From NCBI GenBank assembly GCA_040755855.1, contig JBFMAD010000007.1:1-64000 (forward strand): a DNA stretch of 64,000 bases, read 5' to 3'. The notes under the pieces are model-generated. The model worked only from the letters and a program-made list of their open reading frames with translations, ran no database searches and was not told the origin of the DNA. The translations under genes and the position numbers were made by a program. Within the stretch, counting starts at the first letter, position 1; every line of letters starts with the position of its first letter. The stretch is from Planctomycetota bacterium. GTDB taxonomy: Bacteria > Planctomycetota > Brocadiia > JAADGH01. Of this stretch, positions 58,191-64,000 are shown piece by piece.

Positions 58191-58303
58191 CGCGCGGGAC
58201 CTCTTTTCTTTGAGACACTCCAGAGACATCCGAGAATAGTGTAGCACGAAAAAAGAGGGCTGAAAAGGGGTTTAGGAGCTTTTTCCGTTTTCTAAAAAAA
58301 TCG

Positions 58304-58332
58304 TTGACAAATTGCAAATCTGAGGGTAATAT
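58304..58332 (+). promoter_or_regulatory. Sigma70 promoter of the leu leader/leuA
   Basis: TTGACA-17 nt-TAATAT preceded by an A/T-rich UP-like tract. Confidence 0.8.
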
Positions 58333-58363
58333 ATATTTGTTTGATTCGTTTAGGTTTGTGGAA

Positions 58364-58522
58364 ATGGATTTCTCCCAAAATACAACAATGAGCACGCGGC
58401 ATATGACATGTGACCGTGAGCCGTACGCTCGGGTGGAATCTGTTTTCCATTTCGCACAGATTGACCAATCGGTTCTCCTCCTCCTACTCGGCCTGCTGCT
58501 CCTGCTCCTACAGGCAGGATAA
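58364..58522 (+). CDS. Leucine-rich leader peptide of the leuA attenuator (start uncertain: 58364, 58388 or 58403)
   Basis: Ends ...SVLLLLLGLLLLLLQAG*; 11 Leu codons at 58475-58510 including two CTA; followed by a terminator and leuA. Confidence 0.8.
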   Translation: MDFSQNTTMSTRHMTCDREPYARVESVFHFAQIDQSVLLLLLGLLLLLLQAG

Positions 58523-58566
58523 CGGCCTGGCGACAGGGAGAATCGAATAACCGAGAAGAAGAACTG

Positions 58567-58598
58567 AAACCCATCGCCAGACCGGCGGTGGGTTTTTT
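58567..58598 (+). terminator. Intrinsic terminator of the leuA attenuator
   Basis: AAACCCATCGCC-agacc-GGCGGTGGGTTTTTT. Confidence 0.88.
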
Positions 58599-58752
58599 GT
58601 TGATTTTATCGAATGGCAAGGTTTACATGCTGGAGACCATGGAGATGACAGCGCTCATCCTACCCAGGCCCTCGAACGAGGGCCCGAACTATTGGACGGT
58701 AATAACGAGACGCATCACAGTCTCTTCAACAAAACCAAGGAGATGATTACCC

Positions 58753-60306
58753 ATGACCCGATTGCGAAAAATCGCTATCTTCGACACCACCTTGCGCGAC
58801 GGCGAACAGGTCCCCGGCGCAAAGTTGAATAGCATACAGAAGTTCCAGGTCGCCCAGCAGTTGGCCCGGCTGAACGTGGACATCATCGAGGCCGGATTCC
58901 CCGCGTCCTCCCCCGGCGATCTCGATGCGGTGCGGCGGATCGCCTATGAGGTCGAAGGCCCCACCATCGCGGCCTTGGCCCGGGCCTTGAGGCCCGACGT
59001 CGAGGCCGCAGGCAAGGCCGTCAAAGGCGGTCTGAAACCGAGAATCCATGTTTTCATCAGCACGTCGGACATCCACATCGCCCATCAGTTCAAGAAAACC
59101 CGCAACGAGGTCCTTCAGATGGCGGTGGACTGCATCAAAATGGCCAAGGGCATCGTGGACGACGTGGAGTATTCCCCCATGGACGCCACCCGCAGCGAGT
59201 TCGACTTCCTCTGCGAGGCCGTCGAGCGCGCCATTGACGCCGGCGCGACGGTGGTGAATATTCCCGACACCGTCGGCTACGCCATTCCGTCGGAGTTCGG
59301 CAGCCTGATCCGGCGCATCATCGAGACGGTCCCCAACAGCCGTAAGGCCGTGATCAGCGTCCACTGCCACGACGACCTCGGCCTCTCCGTGGCCAACTCC
59401 CTGGCAGCCGTGGCCAACGGCGCGGGGCAGGTGGAATGCACCATCAACGGCGTCGGCGAGCGGGCGGGCAACGCCTCGCTTGAGGAAATCGTCATGGCCA
59501 TCAGGACGCGAAAGGACCTCTTTAACGCCAAGACGGACATCAAGACGAAGGAGATCGCCCGGACGAGCCGCCTCGTCAGCCGGACGATGGGCATCCCCGT
59601 CCAGCCGAACAAGGCCATCGTCGGCGCGAACGCCTTCGCCCATTCGTCGGGCATCCACACCGACGGGATCATCAAGGAGCGGACGACCTACGAGATCATC
59701 CGGCCTGAGACGGTCGGCATCACCGCGCATCAGTTCATCCTGACGGCGCGGTCGGGCCGGAACCAGCTCGGCCACCAACTCAAGATGATCGGACACAAGT
59801 TCACCGAGGAGGAGCTGGACGAAATCTATGATCGGTTTATCCAGGTGGCCGACCGGAAGAAGGAGGTCACGGAGGAGGACCTCGCGTCCATCGTCGGGGT
59901 GCGCATGGGACAGGTGGCCGAGACCTTTCATCTGCAGCACGTCCAGGCGACATCGGGCAACAACCTGACGCCGACGGGCGTGGTTCGGATCAAGATCGGC
60001 GACAAGGTCATCGAGGAGGCCGCGGTGGGTGACGGCCCGGTGGACGCCCTCTACAAGGCCATCGAGCGCGCGACGGGAGTGAAGGGCACACTGTTGGACT
60101 ATGCCATCCAAGCCGTCGGCGGGGGCAAGGATGCGCTGGGGGAGGTAACCGTCAAGGTTCGCGCCAAGCGGCAGGTTGTCATGGGCCAGGCATCCGGCAC
60201 CGACATCGTGGAGACGAGCGCGCGGGCCTACGTGAACGCCCTCAACAAAGCCGTGGCGAAAAACGGCGGGAGAACCAAGGCTGGCCGAAAACGAAGGAAG
60301 GGGTGA
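58753..60306 (+). CDS. leuA: 2-isopropylmalate synthase
   Basis: FDTTLRDGEQ, PDTVGY, HCHDDLG, NGVGERAGNA, GDGPVDA regulatory domain; Leu leader upstream. Confidence 0.95.
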   Translation: MTRLRKIAIFDTTLRDGEQVPGAKLNSIQKFQVAQQLARLNVDIIEAGFPASSPGDLDAVRRIAYEVEGPTIAALARALRPDVEAAGKAVKGGLKPRIHVFISTSDIHIAHQFKKTRNEVLQMAVDCIKMAKGIVDDVEYSPMDATRSEFDFLCEAVERAIDAGATVVNIPDTVGYAIPSEFGSLIRRIIETVPNSRKAVISVHCHDDLGLSVANSLAAVANGAGQVECTINGVGERAGNASLEEIVMAIRTRKDLFNAKTDIKTKEIARTSRLVSRTMGIPVQPNKAIVGANAFAHSSGIHTDGIIKERTTYEIIRPETVGITAHQFILTARSGRNQLGHQLKMIGHKFTEEELDEIYDRFIQVADRKKEVTEEDLASIVGVRMGQVAETFHLQHVQATSGNNLTPTGVVRIKIGDKVIEEAAVGDGPVDALYKAIERATGVKGTLLDYAIQAVGGGKDALGEVTVKVRAKRQVVMGQASGTDIVETSARAYVNALNKAVAKNGGRTKAGRKRRKG

Positions 60307-60310
60307 CAGG

Positions 60311-61066
60311 ATGGCCAGAAAACAACCAAAGAAGCCGTGGCATGAGGCCCTGTTCGACCGATTCTATTATGAGTTTGCGTTCGAGAAGATGGAACCCTCC
60401 CGCACGCAGAAGCAGGTGGACTTTGTTGAAGATGCGATCGGACTGAAAGGCCGAGAGCGTATCCTCGACCTTTGCTGCGGGCCGGGGAGACATTCCATCG
60501 AACTCGCTCGGCGAGGGTATGATGTGGTCGGCCTCGACCGCTCGGCGTTCTTCCTGCAAAAGGCCCGAGAAAAGGCGAGGGATGCCAAGATTGACATCCG
60601 CTTCCGCAAGGGCGACATGCGGCGCATTCCGTACCGCGATGAATTCGACGTCGTGATCAACATGTTCACGAGCTTCGGCTACTTCGAGAAGGAATCGGAC
60701 AACCGGAAAGTGATCGAGGGCGTGGCCCGCGCCCTCCGGCCCGGCGGGAGGTTTCTGATTGATGTAATGAACCGCGACTTCCTCGTCAAGCACTTCCGCA
60801 CGCGCAACTGGGAGGAGGCGAACGGCTGGGTCCGGCTCGAATCGGTCCGCATGGACTGGCAGCAAAGCCGGGTGACGTCGGAGTGGGTCTTCATCAAGGG
60901 CGGACGGCGGCGGAAGATTGACCTGAATCTTCGGGTCTATTCCCCCCACGAGCTGATCGCCCTGCTTGCGTCCGCCGGCCTGAAGGTCGAGAAGACCTTC
61001 GGCGGGTTCGCCAAGGAGCCTCTTTCCCCCGATGCGAACCGCCTGATCGTTGTCGCTCGGAGGTAA
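60311..61066 (+). CDS. Class I SAM-dependent methyltransferase
   Basis: ILDLCCGPGRH, GDMR, MFTSFGYF, LRPGGRF. Confidence 0.92.
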   Translation: MARKQPKKPWHEALFDRFYYEFAFEKMEPSRTQKQVDFVEDAIGLKGRERILDLCCGPGRHSIELARRGYDVVGLDRSAFFLQKAREKARDAKIDIRFRKGDMRRIPYRDEFDVVINMFTSFGYFEKESDNRKVIEGVARALRPGGRFLIDVMNRDFLVKHFRTRNWEEANGWVRLESVRMDWQQSRVTSEWVFIKGGRRRKIDLNLRVYSPHELIALLASAGLKVEKTFGGFAKEPLSPDANRLIVVARR

Positions 61067-61085
61067 CTATGCGCGTTTCTGCATG

Positions 61086-61114
61086 TTGACAGGGCCGCTT
61101 CCGTGGGGTACAAT
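61086..61114 (+). promoter_or_regulatory. Near-consensus sigma70 promoter
   Basis: TTGACA-17 nt-TACAAT. Confidence 0.8.
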
Positions 61115-61119
61115 ACGTT

Positions 61120-61233
61120 CAGCGTGAAGTGATTCGGTCAGAATGCGACCCTTGGAGCGGTAGTCCAGATGGGGACACGCTGCGGTGTGAAATCCTGAAA
61201 GCTGCGTGTAAAAGACACGCAGCTTTCTTTTTT
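61120..61233 (+). ncRNA. Structured leader or small RNA ending in an intrinsic terminator (riboswitch-like, family not recognised)
   Basis: P1 CAGCGTG/CACGCTG; terminator GAAAGCTGCGTGT-aaaag-ACACGCAGCTTTC-TTTTTT at 61197-61233; competing segment GACACGCTGC. Confidence 0.5.
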
Positions 61234-61265
61234 CTCCTGCATGTCCCCGGAGATGAATTCCTCCT

Positions 61266-63713
61266 ATGGCTGTCCTCGTGACAAGCGACGAACAAGAGGC
61301 CCTCCTCGAGCTGGGAGATGCAACGGCCACCATCGGCCGGGCCAAGGGCAACACGCTCTGTCTGCGATCATCGAAGATCTCTCTCGAACACGCCGTCATC
61401 GAACCCTCCGACGAGGGATACGTCCTCATTGACCTGGGCAGCACGAACGGCACGTTCGTAAACGGCGAACGCATTGACCGCATACTCCTACAGGACGGCG
61501 ATCTCGTTCGCTTCGGACCCTATGAGCTGACCTTTATCGCCAAGCAGGACGAAGCAGCCACGGTCATCGCCGAGCCAGAGCTTATGGAAGAGGGCGAGGA
61601 GGCCGAGCTCGCCGCCGAGGGCAAAGAACTCGAAGAAACCTACGGAGAAGAGGACGAGTCCGCCGAGGAACCGGCCGCCGAATACGAGGAGGAAGAACAA
61701 GAAGAGGAACCCGAGGATGAGGAAGAAGAGGAAGAGGAAGAGGAGGAAGAAGAAGAAGAAGAAGAGGAAGAAAAAGAAGAAGAAAGCTACGACGAAGTCG
61801 AGGAGATTGACGAACAAGAGTATGAAGCGGAGTTGGAGGAGGAATACGACGGGGAGGTCTATTACCGTCGCCGACTCCGCGAAGGCACGCGACGGCGTCG
61901 TGTGCGATCGGCGATACTCCTGACCGTGTTCATTTTCATCTCCCTTATGATCCACTACGAGGGCAGACACGTCCTGGACCTGATTCATCTGGGCATCCAT
62001 TTCACCGACCGGAAGCCGGTGGAGATTGAGACGGACTTCGTGCTGATCATCGAAGAGAACGCAGTGCCCGAGCAGAAGCACGAATTGCTCGAACTGCTCC
62101 CCGACGAAATGATCACGCCGCCAGACGTACAGGCCGCGCAGGAGCTGCCCAAGATTATCGAGGATACGCCCCCCATGAGGCTGGGCAACCTGAGCGTGAT
62201 TGACGGCATCGAGATCGCCGGCTTCGTGCCCGTGCAGGAGTTCCGCCCGGAACAATCCTTCAAGGCGGTGAGCGCCCCGGGCGCGCTTTCGCTCTCGACC
62301 TCCGAGCAAGCCCGAACCTTCAGCGACCAGCTCGACGACTTCGCCATGGAGATGATCAACATCCTCGTCGAGGAGCCACTGCACGTCGTCCTCATCTTCG
62401 ACCGTTCCTACAGCCTGGAGGACGACAGGGCCTACATGCAAAAGCGACTCGAACGGATCATTGAGCTGCTCGGTTTCAACCTCAAGCCCACAGAGATGGC
62501 TCGGCTGAAATGGTCCGTCGTCGGCTTCGGCGACATGACCCATATATACCTGAACAAAGCCGACGACCTGGAGAAGGTGAAGCAGGGTATCCGCAAGGTC
62601 GCCAACGATCCCTCCGGCGTCGAGAACCTCCTCGCCGCCATCGGCTACTGCATTCGCATGCTCGACCGAAGCTCGGGCCGGACGTTTTTCGTCATCGTGA
62701 CGGACGAGGTGGGCGACGACACAAACAACGATGAGATGGTCGCCGAAGTGCTCCGCTCCCTGCTGAAACATGAAGTCGCCGTCTATGTCTTCGGACGCGA
62801 GGCCAATTTCAGCGTCCCCGTCATCCAGGATTCCGGCCTCGATCCCGCCACGGGCGAGAAGATACAGGGCGACGTGATGGCCGGGCCGGAGAGCGCCTTC
62901 TCGGAGTTCTTCGAGACGGACGATCTCTTCCACCGCATCGGCGTTCTCCCATCGGGGTTCGGCATCTATGTCCAGAGCCGCCTCTGCGGGGCCACGGGCG
63001 GGCGGTACTACATGCTCGGCGGGCAGCCGTCCGCATACGATCCCGACGCCCTCGCCGCTCGCGCCCCCGAGCTCTGCTCGCGCTCGGAGTACCTCAAGCA
63101 CACCGAGAAGAGCAAGGTCCGAAAGATCATCGCCGACATCCTGACGGAATGGCCCAAGCTGCGCCCTCAGCCGGGCGTCCGGAACCAGGCCATCAAGGAG
63201 GAGATCAAGCGCCACATCGAGGCCGGACAGAAGTGCGACGCCTTCTGCGCCAAGGCCATCGAGGAGCTGGAGAGCGCCCTCAAGTCGGCGGCGAAAGACA
63301 AGCGCCAGCCCCAGCGCTGGAAGGCCAACGGCGATCTCGTCCTGGCCCAGCTCTACCGCTTCCGATTCCTTCTTGCGGACTACATCCTCAAGCTCCGCAA
63401 TTTCGGCAACACCGCGCCGCTCGACAAGGACGGCTCGCCCATGATCGGCTTCCGCATCGCCCGACCGCCGAAGCCGGGCAAGCCGGACAAGGAAGTGCTT
63501 GAAAAGGCCAAACTGGCCGACGCCTATCTGATGAAGGTGGTCGAGAACCACCCCAAGACCCCCTGGGAGGCCATGGCCCGCGCCCTCCGAACGGACCGGG
63601 CGCTCTTCGAAGTGACCCCCTTCTACCGCCCCAAGCGCGAACCGGGCGAGGAGGGGGAGGGAAAACGACCGCCGCCGCCCCCGCCACCGGGGAAACAGCC
63701 TCCCAAGCTCTGA
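61266..63713 (+). CDS. FHA domain / poly-Glu linker / TM / vWA-domain membrane protein
   Basis: IGR, S.EHA, DLGSTNGTFVNG (FHA); acidic tract; RRRR then TM; IFDRSYS and VTDEVGDD (vWA MIDAS-like). Confidence 0.85.
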   Translation: MAVLVTSDEQEALLELGDATATIGRAKGNTLCLRSSKISLEHAVIEPSDEGYVLIDLGSTNGTFVNGERIDRILLQDGDLVRFGPYELTFIAKQDEAATVIAEPELMEEGEEAELAAEGKELEETYGEEDESAEEPAAEYEEEEQEEEPEDEEEEEEEEEEEEEEEEEEKEEESYDEVEEIDEQEYEAELEEEYDGEVYYRRRLREGTRRRRVRSAILLTVFIFISLMIHYEGRHVLDLIHLGIHFTDRKPVEIETDFVLIIEENAVPEQKHELLELLPDEMITPPDVQAAQELPKIIEDTPPMRLGNLSVIDGIEIAGFVPVQEFRPEQSFKAVSAPGALSLSTSEQARTFSDQLDDFAMEMINILVEEPLHVVLIFDRSYSLEDDRAYMQKRLERIIELLGFNLKPTEMARLKWSVVGFGDMTHIYLNKADDLEKVKQGIRKVANDPSGVENLLAAIGYCIRMLDRSSGRTFFVIVTDEVGDDTNNDEMVAEVLRSLLKHEVAVYVFGREANFSVPVIQDSGLDPATGEKIQGDVMAGPESAFSEFFETDDLFHRIGVLPSGFGIYVQSRLCGATGGRYYMLGGQPSAYDPDALAARAPELCSRSEYLKHTEKSKVRKIIADILTEWPKLRPQPGVRNQAIKEEIKRHIEAGQKCDAFCAKAIEELESALKSAAKDKRQPQRWKANGDLVLAQLYRFRFLLADYILKLRNFGNTAPLDKDGSPMIGFRIARPPKPGKPDKEVLEKAKLADAYLMKVVENHPKTPWEAMARALRTDRALFEVTPFYRPKREPGEEGEGKRPPPPPPPGKQPPKL
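61719..61772 (+). repeat. GAR triplet repeat encoding 18 consecutive Glu
   Basis: Mixed GAA/GAG run within a longer acidic linker. Confidence 0.9.
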
Positions 63714-63734
63714 TTGCGCTTAGAAAGGAATGCC

Positions 63735-64000
63735 TTGAGAACTGAAGTGATTCTGATGGCCCTCCTGTTCGCCTGTACGCTGACCTGCGCGCAGGAAGAT
63801 GTGAAGCCCTTTCTCAAGACGACGTGGGACGTTGCCCGTCTGCGAGACGACCTCCGCGGCAGGGCCGGCAGCATGATGCTCTCCTTCTGGATGATGGACC
63901 GCAATCACAACAACGGGAAAGGCCTCTCCGACCGCGCCGCCTCCGGCAACCTCGCCTGGGGCGAAAGTTCATGGCTCATGGATTACATCATGTGCTACCA
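63735..64000 (+). CDS. 5' part of an exported hypothetical protein (runs off the window)
   Basis: TTG start after AAAGGA; signal-like VILMALLFACTLTCA; open frame to the window end, containing LAWGESSWL. Confidence 0.65.
   Translation, partial: MRTEVILMALLFACTLTCAQEDVKPFLKTTWDVARLRDDLRGRAGSMMLSFWMMDRNHNNGKGLSDRAASGNLAWGESSWLMDYIMCY

Noticed and set aside
58416..58450. GAGCCGTACGC resembling group II intron domain V
   Set aside because: The complementary 3' arm and domain VI are absent, and the sequence lies in the leu leader ORF.
58627..58746. 39-codon ORF between the leu terminator and leuA, in frame with leuA, containing the hairpin GGCCCTCG-aa-CGAGGGCC
   Set aside because: No convincing RBS spacing, no control codons and no recognisable motif; no evidence for TGA read-through into leuA.
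61120..61185. THF or c-di-GMP-II riboswitch assignment for the 61120 leader
   Set aside because: Only short words match (GCGTGAAGTG, GCGGTA, GGAG...TAGT); their order and the pseudoknot partners do not fit, so it is left unassigned.
744..63551. Many long alternative-frame and antisense ORFs (e.g. 744-2984 +, 5074-6663 -, 15918-17930 +, 23415-25529 +, 52346-54214 +, 58747-60111 -, 61488-63551 -)
   Set aside because: They shadow well-supported genes, lack recognisable motifs, and are expected in high-GC DNA with strong codon bias.
1..64000. CRISPR array, rRNA/tRNA genes, IS transposases, prophage or defence island
   Set aside because: No regularly spaced repeats, RNA gene signatures, or transposase, integrase or phage motifs recognised; only the RHH-PIN pair is defence-like.

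Overview
High-GC bacterial chromosomal segment, most likely from a Planctomycetota member (a 1535-aa protein starts with the planctomycete-type LQVEELEYRLAP motif; REP-like palindromes and domain types fit). About 40 CDSs. Most serve carbohydrate or sulfate-ester processing: large secreted GH-like proteins, sulfatases, a PL22-like and a YetA/PL26-like lyase, two sialate O-acetylesterase paralogs, SDRs and a Gfo/Idh/MocA oxidoreductase. Housekeeping genes (prs, leuA, cls, cobO, ArnT-like GT) and an RHH-PIN toxin-antitoxin pair are interspersed. No rRNA, tRNA, CRISPR array or transposase was recognised. The strongest signals are non-coding and are missed or only partly covered by the ORF track. 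(1) A complete ribosome-mediated attenuator with a 32-aa His4 leader peptide lies directly upstream of the PRPP synthetase gene prs. (2) A Leu11 leader-peptide attenuator lies upstream of leuA. (3) An orphan riboswitch-like leader (promoter, P1 stem, antiterminator, terminator) lies upstream of an FHA/poly-Glu/vWA membrane protein gene. All family calls come from motif recognition by eye, not database searches.
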